NCBI GenBank assembly: GCA_977017645.1
Contig: OZ360227.1
Coordinates: 148,676,001 to 148,740,000, forward strand
Direction of reading: 5' to 3'
Origin: Torpedo marmorata
Taxonomy: Eukaryota
DNA length: 64,000 bases
This document shows positions 24,559-38,614 of this stretch, in pieces. The translations under genes and the position numbers were made by a program. How positions within the stretch are numbered: position 1 is the first letter of the stretch; the number at the start of each line of letters is the position of its first letter. The notes beneath the pieces are model-generated. The model did not search any database. It had not been told where the DNA came from and saw only the letters and a program-made list of their open reading frames with translations.

Positions 24559-25435
24559 TGGAAACAGCTTCACTGGGCTGAACAATAAGATCAGAAAGTT
24601 CACTGTATTTTTTCAGAATCACCTAACTGAAATCTGGTTTTCTTTTCCTGAGCGAAATAGGGTAATATTTCCAGAATTTTGGCACAATTCAGGAAATGTA
24701 GCCAGCCACCACATGTCATGAATCAGTGTGCGATCTTGGACAGATTTTTGTACCAACACTTGACACAACAACGGCAACTCCCCTTCCCAGTTTCAAATTA
24801 TGATCACCCTCAATTGCTAGTCTCCCACCTAACATCCAATGATTCTCTCCACCTACAAGAACTCAGCTGCTGATAGTCTGGTCTTCTCTCACTCTGCTCA
24901 CCAACACAATAAATTCTGCTCCAACTCCTCGGCACTGATCATGGTCTCCTCTTCCTCAACCAGGTTCTGAAAACTAGCAGTACTTCATATGTTAAACAAA
25001 ATTATCTCTATTGAATTATGTCTGCATTGTTTATACATGTGCTATAATGTGAAGTTATGTCAAGAAATCTACATGAAAGTAACAATGTGCTCAAATGTAC
25101 TTGCAGTTTACTATTACTATTACCTGGAGATAATGTTCTCACTGATATTTTCATTTGACATAGGCAACACCGGGCAAAGCATTGGTGTCAAACAAATTTG
25201 CAATCGCTTTGGACTCACTTTGGTTTAACTTTAACACTGCCAAATGTGAAAGAAAGGAAATGAATCGACAACCAGGTCATAGCTCTTTTCCATTCAGTCT
25301 TGGGCTCAAAATACAGAAATTGGGATAACTAACTTTGCAATGAACAGCAAGTAGTATGCAGTTGGTAACATTAGAATAATGATTAGTGCAGAGTTCCACT
25401 CTTGATGATAATGAATAAAAGTGGGATGAGGTAAG

Positions 25436-25533
25436 TAAGATGGTTATAATATGAATGTTTGCACTATGATGCTGCTGCAAAACACCGAATTTCATGACTT
25501 GTTCATGACAATAAATTCTGATTCTGATTCTGA
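25436..25533 (+). mobile_element. Extreme 3' end of a Rex1/Babar-like LINE
   Basis: Nearly identical to 26882-26973; (ATTCTG)n tail. Confidence 0.85.
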
Positions 25534-26028
25534 ATAACTGGTGATCTCTTCTGACAGATCATCTTTTAGGCCATGAAGGTGAAAGTTTACTTGTAAAATT
25601 AAACAAACAAATTCACCACATGTGGTCATATCAGGTCTGATTTGATATGAATTCAAACATAAATATGAAATGTAAAACAAAGTTAAAATAAAAGTTAATT
25701 TTGTTTCCACTTTATCCCTATAATATTCCCTGAAAATACAGAAAACAATATTTTAAAGACATCATTAAAATTAAATTCTTGGTTCCCATGTGCTTTAATG
25801 CTGCTCTTGTTCAGTTTATTTTGAAAATAATTTAGTGTCTTATTATATTCATCACCTTCAAGAAACAATTTGGCCTGATAATGGAAAATGGTTGGTTCTT
25901 ATGAACCAGCATCTTTGCCAGCAGTCAACAACTTCAGGAACACAGTGGAAAAAGGCAATCAGAGGGAGAAAACATATTGAATTAAAACTACACAACTTAA
26001 CATTAATCATTTAAAAAAAATAATTAAA

Positions 26029-26973
26029 TCCTCACTGATTATCAACACAGGCGCACCCCAAGGATGCGTGCTTAGCCCACTGCTCTACTCGTTATACACC
26101 CATGACTGTGTGGCCAGGCACAATTCCAATGCCATCTACAAGCTTGCCGATGATACCACAGTTGTTGGCATAATCACAAACGGCAATGAGGAAGTGTACA
26201 GGAGGGAGATAGATCAGCTCGCTGAATGGTGTAACAACAACAACCTTGCGCTCAACGTCAGCAAAACCAAGGAGATGATTGTGGACTTCAGGAGGAAGTC
26301 AGGGGAGCACGACCCAGTCCTCATCGAGGGCTCAGTTGTGGAGAGGGTCAAGAATTTCAAATTCCTGGGTGTCAACATCTCCGAGGATCTGTCCTGGAGC
26401 CTCCACGTTGAAGCAATCACAAAGAAGGCTGGCCAGCGGCTATACTTTGTGAGGTGTCTGAGGAGATTCGGTATGTTACCGAAGACTCTCGTAAACTTCT
26501 ACAGGTGTACCGTGGAGAGCATTCTGGTTGGTTGCATCACTTCCTGGTATGGAGGCACCAACTCTCAGGACAAGAATAAACTCCAGCGGGTTGTTAACTC
26601 GGCCTGTGACATCACAGGCACCAGACTTCACTTCATCGAGGACATCTACATGAGGCGGTGTCTTAAAAAGCAGCCTCTATCCTCAAAGACTCCCACCACC
26701 CAGGCCATGCTCTCTTCACTCTGCTACTATCGGCAAAAAGGTACAGGAGCCTAAAGACGAGCACTCAACGGCACAAGGACAGCTTCTTCCCCACTGCCAT
26801 CAGATTCCTGAATAACCAATGAACCATAGACACTGCCTTACTTTTCGTGCACTATTATTTATATTTTTTATAGTAATGTCGTAAGATGGTTATAATATGA
26901 ATGTTTGCACTATGATGCTGCTGCAAAACACCGAATTTCATGACTAGTTCATGACAGTAAATTCTGATTCTGA
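26029..26973 (+). mobile_element. Rex1/Babar-like LINE, 5'-truncated
   Basis: ORF 26068..26754: [44 protein letters not shown]; ATTCTG tail. Confidence 0.9.
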
Positions 26974-27595
26974 ATTGAAGAACAATCCATTGCAGGGAAT
27001 GTCATTTTTTAAAGAATATAATTTGTATCAATAATTTACAATCAATAATCATCTTTTCAAAGCTTGGAGCTAACAGTGTCTTATTTGCAAATATATTTAT
27101 AAAATTGTGATTACAGTATGTGCAACTGACGTACACAATCCTCTAATTTAATCATATTTTTTGATGCCACATAAAATGTGGACCATCTTCTGAAACTTCT
27201 GGTAATAGTTCATGAGGCTACTTCAGAGAATGGGCTATAACATTGACATGGGGCTACAGGAAGACCAAGTGTGATGAGCAAACATCTACCCCTGAAATAC
27301 ATTCATGAACTAATGGGGTTTGTACCATAAGCCAATCATTTTGTTGTCATTTTTATGAACACCATTAATTTACAACTTTTCAAAACAGAATTCAAAGGTT
27401 CAGAGAGCCTCCATGCCCAATAAATAACCAATGCATCGCTGCACTTCAAAATCAGGTCATGTAATAAATGTGCATCATATACTCAATGGATTTCTCATTT
27501 TACTGATTGAGTATTTGAGTCAAAACACAAGAACTAATTATTAAAAAAGTGCATTCAATCAGTGCAATATTCAATTATTTCAGATATGTACTTAC

Positions 27596-27967
27596 TCTCT
27601 ATAATTACTCTTCTGTCAGTCCAGTCATCATTAATAAGTTGAATATTTCCAAAATGAACATCACTCATAAATATCCGATTGGTCTCCTTTGTGTTTCGCC
27701 GGTAATCAAAGGCCAAGGCAATCACATTTTTGAAGTATTCCGGTTTCTCATATGGTCTAATTGGAGGATTTAAGTTAGTTTCATCAGTAAGATGAATGCT
27801 CTTTAATATAGTTCTTTCTGAATAGAGCAAGTATCCATCATAATCACGACAGCTAACCGAATCCTCTGCGAGTACACTGTATGAACATCCGCAGGTCTTC
27901 TGACCTTTTCCACGGTATAAACAAAGCTGCTGGCATCCACCGTTATTCTTTGCACATATATTGGTAC
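27596..27967 (-). CDS. LRP1B: LRP1B-like coding exon, 372 nt (EGF repeat and start of a YWTD propeller)
   Basis: cag|GT ACC AAT...ATA GAG A|gtaagt; [20 protein letters not shown]...[44 protein letters not shown], closer to LRP1B than LRP1 by recall. Confidence 0.93.
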
Positions 27968-30144
27968 CTGTCAGGATGTAGTTTTCAATTGTTAGATCAT
28001 CCACAACAGTTAATGAGCTTTGACTTATATAATGCATGCAGCAGGGGAAAAATGGTTTTAAATCTAGGATTTTCAATTTTCCTTGGACTCGTTATTACCC
28101 AACGCATACAAATGTTTGATGAATTTGATTTTATACTTCAGTATTTTACTCACACTCCCCAAGCAGTAGGAAGCAAAATGAATTACTTTTAAATTGGAGG
28201 AGATGTGTGAGAAACTTGATTTTACTTAGGCATATCTGGCATGCTCTTAATTTCAATTAAGGTAGTTGATGCTGTCTCAGTGTTCCTACTCCACATGACA
28301 GCTGTAGATTTCCTGCAGGTTTTGTCAGCTTGTTGATTTTCAACAAATATAAACTTTGCATGCTTAATTCAGCATGCAAAGCACAAGTATGTCAAACTGT
28401 TTCTGATTTGTGGGAAAGCACAAAATTATGCTTTGTCCTTCTTTCTAAGCAATAACATTTCTATTTTATTCATAATATTTTCTTAGGATTCCATGTCAGG
28501 CTTACACGATGCAAAATTTGAACAATCCACTGCGTACAAAGACAGCTGAATTGCCCTGAATACAAATCTAAAATAGAGAAATCTATGCTAAGAAAAGGAG
28601 AGAAGTAAAGAGAAAGGCTGCAATATCCCTCCTGTCTGGGAGCTTGAGGGGATCCTCAGGTTACTTCAAAACAAATCTTTACCATTATGTTGGAGGGCTT
28701 GCTTATTTTATGAAGCAGCTGAATCCCTGCTTCAGTCTCTCTCTGCCATGCAGGTTTCCCATCTAAGCACCCAGTTAGAACAGAATTCAGATTACATTAA
28801 ATGAATATGATCTAAATTTTAATAAATCCAGAAGGTGTCTCACACAATGTTTTGTGAGTTCTTCATCTGCCTATAAATATGGTTTGGTTAAGATTAGAAA
28901 TTATGTACAAGGATCTGCTCACTTTTTGCTGCCACAGCTCATCTTCTGCTCTAACAAATGTTAAGAATGACCCACTTCTGCTCTTGCACTCAGCTTTGCC
29001 ACCATTACATTTGTGGAGGATTTTTCAAAGATTACAGGTGCAGTTGAATCTCACTGCACATTTCTTGACACAATATTTGGTTAAAGAAAAGCTTTCATCT
29101 GAAGTGTCCTGAGCAAACTCAAGCAAAACAAAACAAACTGCTGGAAGAATTCAGGAAGTTAATCAGCATCTTAAGGGATAGGAACTCTTCCCATCAGGAA
29201 AAATACAGGACCTTGACCCAAAATGTAAATTATTTTGCCTCCACAAATGCTGCTCGACCTGCTGAGTTTCTCCAGCAGTTTGTTGTTTGTTTGTTGCTCC
29301 AGATTATAACATCTGCAGTCTCTTGTGTCTCCGATGCAAACCAGAGCCTGCTTGGTTTAAGGTGAGGTTAGTCTTAACTCTTTCCATATGCTAAGAAGGA
29401 AGAGACAGAAATATTCTTATGAAATTCATCATTATCAAACTAAAGGATGACAGCAATATTTTTTTACCTACCATAGTTTACCACAATGCTGATCAAACTT
29501 TCACTGATGTCAATAATCTAATAACTTTTGCTTTCTCTTCATACAATGTAATAGTCATTTATATTGGAATAGGTCTCTATAATTCCACAATTCTCTTTGA
29601 TGGATGCGGCAGTACTTTGTCTTCCTGCCTTAGATCTCCAAAATGGAATTATCTGACAATAGCCTGCAGCTCAAACTACTAATAATCAACTTTAGGAAGG
29701 CAACTTCCTTTAGTCACATAAGCAGTAAATGTGTCTTATCAGAAGAAAACATGTATACAGTAAATTCAGTTTTATAGTCTGTGATTAAATAGTACGTTAC
29801 AGATTGGATAAATTGGAATGCCAACCAGATAAATGGTAAGAGATATGTAAACAGAGAAGGCTGAAATTCAAATATTTTGGCACATCACTTAGAGATGAAT
29901 ATTTATCCTGATTCCTCTTTGGGTATGTGATTTAACAGGAATGAAACATTGGATGAAAATATTAACTGGTGCCACCCTTCAGATAAACTCATGTAGTTTT
30001 CCAAGCAAAATATTTTTCATCCACCTAAATGTATTTAACAATTTAAACAAAAATCCAGAGAAAGTAATTTGGTCATTCTTTGAGTTAAATAATTTAAGTC
30101 TGTATAATGGGTCTTTAATACAAAGTAATTAAAAATGAATATAC

Positions 30145-30269
30145 CTATTTCCCTGGCACGGTTGAACACTTTCACACCCTTCAGGTTGACTCCAAGATGT
30201 GTTCTCATGGTCACAGCATCTATAGCATTGTTCTTGTTGCCTCTTTTAATGGATCCATTGGCATGTGCC
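30145..30269 (-). CDS. LRP1B: LRP1B-like coding exon, 125 nt
   Basis: cag|G GCA CAT...ATA G|gtatat; [41 protein letters not shown]; phases match neighbours. Confidence 0.92.
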
Positions 30270-30520
30270 CTGTTGAAAGGAAAGACCCTTATTAGCAGGA
30301 TGGTTTTAAGTACCACAGAAAGGAGGTAGAGAAGCATACACACCTGTAAGGAATTTTGTGATGTAAAGTCAAATATCAGAAATGTAAAAATACTCAGGAA
30401 CATACCCCCTTCAGGATTTTCAATATGACCTTGCAAGGAAAGGGCTAATCCCGCATGGATAGAAAAGTAGGGACTGCGAGAACATTTTGAATCCAACACA
30501 TCTATGGGAAAATAAATTAC

Positions 30521-30672
30521 CTGTCAGACCAGAAGATGTAAACCCCAAAGACTGCAACTGAAAACATATCCATGTTGTTGCCTGACAACACAATCTCTCG
30601 GTTTTCTCCAGTTTTAAGGTCAATTCTTTCTATCTTGTCTGTGCGAGCATCACACCAATATAATTTACTTTC
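30521..30672 (-). CDS. LRP1B: LRP1B-like coding exon, 152 nt
   Basis: tag|GAA AGT...GAC AG|gtaatt; [51 protein letters not shown]. Confidence 0.93.
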
Positions 30673-30765
30673 CTAGGGATCAATCACAAAATAGATGTCA
30701 GCTGACATTTATTGAGCAGTCAGAGGCATCATATTTTTAAAAAAAATATATATATATATATATAT

Positions 30766-31953
30766 TGTTACGTACCAGACAGCAGCGATAAAAAGTAGCC
30801 CAGATGGTGTTATATTTAAAATAATATTTTTAATTATTAATCAACAATTATATAACACCTAATCTAATTTAACTAATTTATCTAAACTTAACTAAATTTA
30901 TCTACACTTATCTAAATTAAACCCCAAATATGCACGAATATATTGGTATGTGTGGAATACACCAAGCCACTACAGCTCAAGGCCCAATTCTTGGAATGCA
31001 GTTCAAATTTCAGTTCGGAAATTCAGTGAAGACACGTGGGCTTGAAATTGATGTGACACACAGGCTTTAGATGGTTGAGACACACAGGCCTTAGAATGTT
31101 GAGTCACGCAGGCCTTAGATGAATGCGACCCGTAGGTTTTAGATCAAATTAGCAGTTCGTGAAGTGGGTGAAAGAGACCGGGGGTGACAGAATGTTGATT
31201 AACTCACAAAACCCTTGTTCAGGTGCTTCAATGAAGTGTTCTTTTTAGACGAGTGCCGACTAAAATTCCCCTCTTCTTTGGCGTAGGGGATACGAAGCAA
31301 ATTATGCTCACGAAGCTTCCGGAACCATTTTCGTGGTCAGTCGAAGTAAAGTGCAGTATTTCTTCTGCAACTAGAACCCTTTTTGTGGGTCAGTCGAAGT
31401 AGAGTGCAGTATTTCTTCTGCAACTAGAACCCTTTTCGTGGGTCAGTCGAAGTAGAGTGCAGCATTTCTTCTGCAACTAGAACCCTTTTTGTGGGTCAGT
31501 CGAAGTAGAGTGCAGTATTTCTTCTGCAACTAGAACCCTTTTCGTGGGTCAGTCGAACAAAAGTGACCTTCACTCTTTTGGTCACAAAGTGGTCTTCTCA
31601 TTCCTCTATAAGCAAAAGGAGGAAATCTGACAGTTTGTCTATAACCACACAATGAGGCCAAGTGGGATTCTCATTCCCACAGACAGGTCGAAGAGCTGTT
31701 TACTCTTGTGCTGCCTACTTAAAATGGCCCCCTGAGCGAAATGTGCACTGTCGCTTCAATAAGCTGGTCACATGGTCTCTGCTTCAGGGCTTCTTGCCTT
31801 CACTCTGCAAATGTATCAAGTCAAGAACATGCTGTCTTCGAAGCCTGCAGACCTTTTCACAGTCACTTTCCAAAACCTGCAAGGGTTGTTCAATCTGTTC
31901 TCTTTAAGGGACAGTACCACTCAAATAAAATGAACAAAAAATGGAAGAACGTC

Positions 31954-31956
<3 letters not shown>
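30766..31956. mobile_element. Solo LTR (Gypsy-like), 1191 bp, inserted in a (TA)n microsatellite
   Basis: TGTTACG...CGTCACA termini with (TA)n on both flanks (ATAT-compatible TSD); no coding sequence. Confidence 0.8.
31322..31556 (+). repeat. 53-bp tandem repeat, about 4.4 copies, within the solo LTR
   Basis: GTCAGTCGAA at 31336, 31389, 31442, 31495 and 31548. Confidence 0.95.
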
Positions 31957-32003
<47 letters not shown>

Positions 32004-32084
32004 ACTCAAGGGAGAAATAACTTCCTAAAATGTAATTGCAGACAAATATTGTTGACATTCTTTGGAGCAAATCTGCAGGCAAAC

Positions 32085-32211
32085 CTCAAAGTCTATTGAT
32101 ATCCCATTTGGCCATGCAATGTTGGAGCTCACGAGGACAATTTGTTCTGATCCATCCAACCGTGCTCTCCCAATGCAAGGCTTCTGTCCCCATTCTGTCC
32201 AGAACATGAAC
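32085..32211 (-). CDS. LRP1B: LRP1B-like coding exon, 127 nt
   Basis: tag|G TTC ATG...TTT GAG|gtttgc; [42 protein letters not shown]. Confidence 0.93.
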
Positions 32212-32939
32212 CTATTTTAGAAGATAAAAATGTTGCTGAGCATAAAATCTAATAATTGCAGAGTGCACGTTACAAATATCTCGTGTAATGCACTTAGTAT
32301 TATGGAGCATTATCACTACCCTTTAAGAAATGTTATATAAAATTGTAACATTCAGTACAAAGTGTCATGTTGTCACAGATCATAAAATACAAAACTACTA
32401 TTGTGATAGCTTTGCTGGGCCAAAGATATGATCAGTAAAGGATACAAATTTATATTTTAATCATAAGTAACTTTATATACATGTTTATAATCTTTCAACA
32501 TGATCCAGCTACTGCATTGTAAATCTTTTGAAAGTTCACAATGCACAATTGCTAAACTGAAAGTAGCTTGAACTCACCAATCGATGTGGGCTATATCTAC
32601 TGTGATTTATTTTATGGAAAATAAATAGACAGTTAACCAAACACAAAGGTTAGACATCCAGTGCATGGTGCTAAAAATATATTTATATTTTATATAAAGT
32701 AATATTTGACCGTATAAAGCCAACAATACAAATAACTTTAGAAGTGTGGATTAACATTATGTAAGCAGACAACAAACAACCCCTACAAGCAAGAATGACA
32801 AGTCCTCTTTCTAAACAATATACTGCAGAAACAAAAGAATCATATATCCGTGTATTAAGTAAGGGGGTCCTAACTGTCTGCCAATCCATATCGAGGGAAA
32901 TATGTTAGGGATTAGGGACATGCAGTTTGGAACAAAATA

Positions 32940-33649
32940 CAGTAAAAGCCCTGGTATCCGGCACCTATGGGGATTGGTAAATGCCGGATAAGTGTATTTT
33001 ATGGTTGCTTGAGACTAATACAATGCCTAACTAGTGCACCTGCATTAAGAATAAACAGTTTAAAAGACAAAAATACTATACTGTACTTAAACTGAACAGA
33101 CTTCACTTGCATGAATATACTGTGTAAACCTTAAAGCATTTTACTTTATTTTCAATCACATTCTTTGAAAACATTTAACCTTCGCTGTATGTGCAGGTTC
33201 CTCCCCCTCCATGGAGCCGCCTGAAAGATGAACAATAACATTATAGATAATTAACCCCACCCCCTCCCAAGTTTACAGATAAAGCCTCTGATCAGGGTGA
33301 CTATTACTAAGCAGGAATAAGGGACACTTTAAGAAAGTCACCCCAATGTCGAGCGGCATCAACCAGCTGTTCATCCTGGGTAACGCTCTTCCTGTTTCAC
33401 ACAACTTTATTCCAACAGCTGCTATGAGCCAAGCATGACCAAAGCACTCCGCTGGCTGAATATTTGCTCGTATCTTCACCAAAGATTATGTTTTAGTTCA
33501 GAGAACATTTACAATTTTAAACTTACATATTTTTACCTATTATTTATTTCTTATTTATTTTAATATTTTTATTTATTTTCCTCGATTTTTTTTTGCCATT
33601 TGCTTGAGGCTGCCGGTTGCTTGAATTCCAGATATCTGGGGTTTTACTG
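32940..33649. mobile_element. Tc1/mariner (pogo/Tigger-like) MITE
   Basis: Imperfect TIRs CAGTAAAAGCCCTGGTATCCGG and CCAGATATCTGGGGTTTTACTG; TA on both flanks. Confidence 0.82.
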
Positions 33650-34573
33650 TATATTACATTGTACCCTTTCCCCCCCCCCCACAAAAAAAATGTCTCAGCT
33701 TCTTTTGCCTGGCACATTGTTTTTCTACTCTTATTCAAAACACCATTGTGTTTAGTGCTTTGTGCATTAACTACATACATTATGAAAATCCACATTCTCC
33801 ATCCACATGATGTGCATTCCCCAGAAGACATCTGAATATTGGCAGAGACATTAAGAAGAGAACCAGACACAAACAAAATGAATTTACATGGTGCTCGGAA
33901 CAATGTTGTGCACTCACATAACTTTATGTCACAATCTTTCACTGGAATGAGGCCGTTGATTCTGACATATTGATCCTCACAAGGGTACATACACTTTACA
34001 ATTTATTTGCTCTGTCTTCCTTTGGCCCCAGTTCCATCACCCACCCTAACCCTGCTCAAGAGTTCCCGATATATTTTACGTTCTAGCACCAGATTCTAGG
34101 CAATCACATTCCAGATCCCCATCAATATTCTAGATCCCCATCATCCAATCTTAACCTTCGTCTCAATCACAACCCATCACTCACCCTTGCAAAGATGTTT
34201 GGTTTTATTTTCCAATTCACATTTCACCTCAATTTGAGGTCCAGTTTTCTTTGCCCTTCCCACTAGGCCTCCTTCAACTTTACCCCCTCCATCACACAGA
34301 CAAGCTACCAGTTCTTCTATGTTTGTTTTGCCTTTGTCTTTGACCTTGTGTATCATAAAATATTACTGCAGTGGGGGGAGGGAGACACATAAAACATGCC
34401 TTTCTTGTGCATCAATGGTTTAACAATCCTTTAATGTACATAAGCATTCTATGCCCTTCTATTTCAGAGGTGAATTACATTCAGCCATTGTTCTACAAAA
34501 AAACATATACCCCTAGATTAAGGAATGTGAAAACATTTAAGTTTACAGATTCCTACATCTGAAGAATTCAATA

Positions 34574-35035
34574 CAGGTACCTAACCTTTTATCCGAAAAC
34601 CTTGGGACCGGACACTTTTCAGAATTCAGATTTTTTCGAATTATAGAATTATTTTAACGGCGGTACTTTTAAATAATTGCGTTGCTTCAGATTCACGCAA
34701 AACAAAGACACACTCCAACTAGAAGGGTTTCTGGACGGCGACGTTGGATGGTGGGGGGTTGCTGTGGTGCTTGATGGGGGGTTTTCAGCGGCGCTGGACA
34801 GGGGGGTTGCGGCGGCGCTGCACGGGGGTGTTCGCAGCACCGCTGGACGTGGGGGGGGAGTGGTAAATGAAGTGAGATAAAGATAGACCATAAAATTACT
34901 AGCGTACTTTTTATTTTTAAGTAAAACTTACAGTAAAACTTCAAACATTAACTGGCTCAAACTAAGCTAAACACCTGAAAATATACTGGAAAAAATGTTC
35001 GGTTTTCGGAATTACGGATAAAAGTTAGGCACCTG
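34574..35035. mobile_element. Tc1/mariner (pogo/Tigger-like) MITE with an internal G-rich ~20-bp minisatellite
   Basis: TIRs CAGGTACCTAACCTTTTATCCG and CGGATAAAAGTTAGGCACCTG; TA TSD; GGGGGTT...GCGCTGGAC repeats at 34730-34860. Confidence 0.85.
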
Positions 35036-36299
35036 TATTATATATTTTTTAATAATAATTTACTTAAAATTTAAATAAATAGTTATACATGAAGAAAGCC
35101 AGGAGGTGGTGCTCATTTAACTGTTGTTCCTGGACGGTAATGATCTACACAGACTGAAATTTGCTTGCCGATAGTGTGATTTATCTTCTCAGAATATTCT
35201 AATGTGAGTTGAATTGCTCTGAATCAAATGACAAACTGAACATTATATTGCTACATTTAGTCAACTCTTTTACTGGAACAGAAATGTCCATATCAGAAAT
35301 GCTGTCACTATTGGTTGAAATAGTTATGAAACAGGAACTTTGTCTTGACAAATGAAGTTGAGCTGATTCCCTTATATGTTCAATGTTATAACCAATAAAA
35401 AGCTGCTGCATATTTTTAACCTAGAAGGCAACTGTACTCTGGAGGCATTTCTTCCTGGTTTGTGTTCTTTCACAAGGGTAAATAACAAAGAATGTCAACT
35501 CTTGGGAAATAATGTTCCACTGTTTTACAAAATCTTATGTAATGCTGGTTCAGACAACAGAAGATATTCAGCAGGTTCCTCACACATTGTTATGGCAATC
35601 AGAATCCTCTCTCAGAAATCATTGAGTGCAACCAATCAGGTGTACTTAATTTGTGAGATTTATAAACATTTATAAAGCAAAAATTTCACCTTGATTTTCT
35701 ATCCAAAATATCAACAAAACTGGCCCTGCTTTACATACCCCACAAAAAGCTGCATTCCAATCTTGTGGCAACTAAGATCTGCACATGTTTGTAGTGCCCC
35801 CTCCACCCCAAAGAGAATGACAACTAAAACAAAGTGTTTCCTAAATGGGATCTGTCTGAACTATGATAATGAAGTCAATAATAAAAAATCCATTAGAACG
35901 AATATCAACTTGATGACAAGGCAGAAATGCCATGTCCCCAGTGCCATCATTGCAAAAGCAGGCTTATTTGCTTTCAAAATAGACATAGATGTGTGATGAT
36001 TCGAACAGGGTGCAGGATGTATGGGGAACCAGGTGAAGAGCAAGCTAAAAGGCCAATAATATGGAAGCTGTTGGGCCTCACTTTAAGATGGAAATTTGCA
36101 GTCACCCATCTTGAACCAGCAAGAATTAGTTCAGAACCAATGACATAGATGCATTAATGCAGCAGCATAAAGGAAGGTGGTAAGGTGATGTCTGCATCTG
36201 GAAGAAGATAAAAAACAATCTGGAATCTGAAGTCGTGGTGGGCATAGGGACTGAAGTGGTTCATTGGGGCGGTTTGTTAGAGGTAAGGCAGAGGAAGAT

Positions 36300-37332
36300 G
36301 AACATAGAACAGGCCCTTCAGCCTATTTCAAAGTAAACTAAATCTCTGCTGCTTGCATATGATAAATATTCCTCTATTCCCTGCATATCCATGAATTTAT
36401 CTAGAAGCCTCTTAAGCACTACTATTGTATCTGCTTCCAACTCTATCTCTGGCAGCCATTCCAGTCACCTACTCGTCTCTATGTAAAATACTTGCCTTGC
36501 ATATCTCCTTTAAACATTCCTCCCCTCCCCCAACCTTAAATATCTTATTTATATCTTTCCTGTAGTTAGGTGACCAAAACCGCACACAATACACCAAATT
36601 TGGCCTCATAAATGTCTTATACAACTTCTTCATAACATCCCAATTCCTGTACCCAATACAATACTTTTATTTATGGTCAATGTGCCAAAAGCTCTCTTTA
36701 CGACCCTATCTCCCTTTGACGCCTCTTTGAGGGTATCTGTATTCCTAGATCCCTCCTCAGTGTCCTACCATTTACCATGTATGTCCTACCTTTGTTAGTC
36801 CTACCAAAGTGCAACACCTCACATTTATCTGCATTAAATTCCATCTGCCATTTTGCAGCTGGTCCAGATCCTGCAGCATGCTTTGAAAGTCTTTCTTACT
36901 GTCTAACACACCTTCAATATTCGTATCATCGACAAACTTGCTGATCCAATTTACCACATTATCATCCATATCCTTGATATAGACGACAAACAACAATGAA
37001 CCCAGCACCGATTCCTGAGGAACACCAGTAGTCACAATCCTCTAGTTAGATAGGCAATCATTCACTACTACTCTCTGGCTTCTCCCACAAAGCCAATATC
37101 TAAACTAATTTACTACCTCATCCTAAATACCGAGTGACCGAATCTTCTGCACCAACATCCCCATGTGGGACCTTGTCAAAGGCCTTACTAAACTCCATGT
37201 ACACAACATCTATGGTCTTTCCTTTATCAACTTTCATGGTAACCTCCTCGAAAAATTCAAAAAGATAGGTTAAACTCGACCTACCACGCACAAAGCCATA
37301 TTAACTATCCCTAATCAGTCCCTGTCTATCCA
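36300..37332 (-). mobile_element. Decayed CR1 RT/3' fragment
   Basis: GVPQESVLGSLLFVVYI and ISKFVDD (36772..37035); similar to 4058-4740. Confidence 0.85.
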
Positions 37333-37904
37333 CCAGTGTTTTTCTAATTCAAGAAATGGATTCATACAGCATTGAACAAGACCACTTAGCCCACAATTTT
37401 TATACTCTCCCCACTCCCCATTGTATCACTCACCTAAATAGAAGGGTTAATTTACAGGAGGCTATGAAACAATGATCAATTCTTTATAACCAATCTCCAT
37501 GTCCAAAATCTGAATTTTGAAATTGAGTGAGTAGAAGAAGGACAATGTGAAGAGAGGAAGGAGGGAGGAAGACAGGAAACAATGAGATCTGGAAAGGAAA
37601 TGTTCACCTGGCCATAAAATTTACTGATCAAGACTCATCAGTTTTCCTTAAAAAATATATGAATTTAGCATTATGAATCAAATTCAATCTGTGCAATATC
37701 AATTCTAAGCCTCTTCTCCCCAACATACTTAATGGTACTTTTGCTGTTTAAGACTTTATCTTTAGTGTATCTTTTCATATTTTTCAAATAATGAAAAAGA
37801 AGAATTTTTCTGCAGCTTTTTGACACATGGATCAATTGGTTACATTGTTAGGGTATCCTTTTTGTTGTCAACTTAGATGTGATTGAATAAGAAATCATTC
37901 TTCG

Positions 37905-38135
37905 CCCAGTTAGCATGGCAGTTAGCAAAACGCTATAACCCGGGTTCGAATCCAGTGCTGTCTGTAAGGAGTTTGTATATTTTCCCTTGTCTGCATGGGT
38001 TCCTCCAGGTGTTCTAGATTCCTCCCACCCTTCAAAAATGTACAGGGATTGTAGGTTAATTGGTGTATTTGGGGGGCACAGGCCAGTGAGCCGGAATGGC
38101 TTGTTACCGTGCTGTATGTCTAAATTTAAAAAATT
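37905..38135 (+). mobile_element. tRNA-derived V-SINE
   Basis: GGTTCGAATCC B-box, V-domain and GTATGTCTAAATTT tail. Confidence 0.8.
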
Positions 38136-38261
38136 GACCATGACATTATTCAGCTGAAGGAAGCAGGCAAGGATGTAGAAACTTCTCAGTTAATAAAAAT
38201 AGAAAAGGTCATTAAATGTGCCCATCTTAGTTTTTCTTTTATGAAAATACTACTGGCTTAC

Positions 38262-38391
38262 CCTTTCTCTGGATGGACTGCTATTGCACGTGGCTGATCG
38301 AGTCCTTGTGATATAACCACAAAACGGAAGGACCCATTAAATCTAGCAACTTCTATTATATTGAAGCCATGATCTGTCCAGTATATATTGC
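38262..38391 (-). CDS. LRP1B: LRP1B-like coding exon, 130 nt
   Basis: cag|GC AAT...AAA GG|gtaagc; [44 protein letters not shown]. Confidence 0.94.
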
Positions 38392-38479
38392 CTGAGAAAA
38401 GATGCAGAAGAGATAAATATTAATGTTCCAACAAATTACTCCATTAACAGGTAATTGAAAAAAGCAGAATCTCTCCTAC

Positions 38480-38614
38480 CAGCTATCCAATCCACTGCTA
38501 TTCCTTCAACCCGTCCAAGGCCATTAGTAATAATATCCTCTCTCCAGGTCTGGTCTCGTTTAGCCCTGCTAATTGTACTTCTTCCCATGTCTGTCCAATA
38601 GATTGTATCATTTG
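38480..38614 (-). CDS. LRP1B: LRP1B-like coding exon, 135 nt (most 5' exon found in the window)
   Basis: cag|CA AAT GAT...GCT G|gtagga; [44 protein letters not shown]. Confidence 0.94.

Noticed and set aside
1-27595. Next downstream LRP1B exon (and the upstream exon in 38615-64000)
   Set aside because: No matching YWTD-type peptide with splice sites was seen by eye; these exons probably lie outside the window, though a miss is possible.
31322-31556. CRISPR-like array
   Set aside because: Whole 53-bp units repeat with no unique spacers; vertebrate context; no cas genes.
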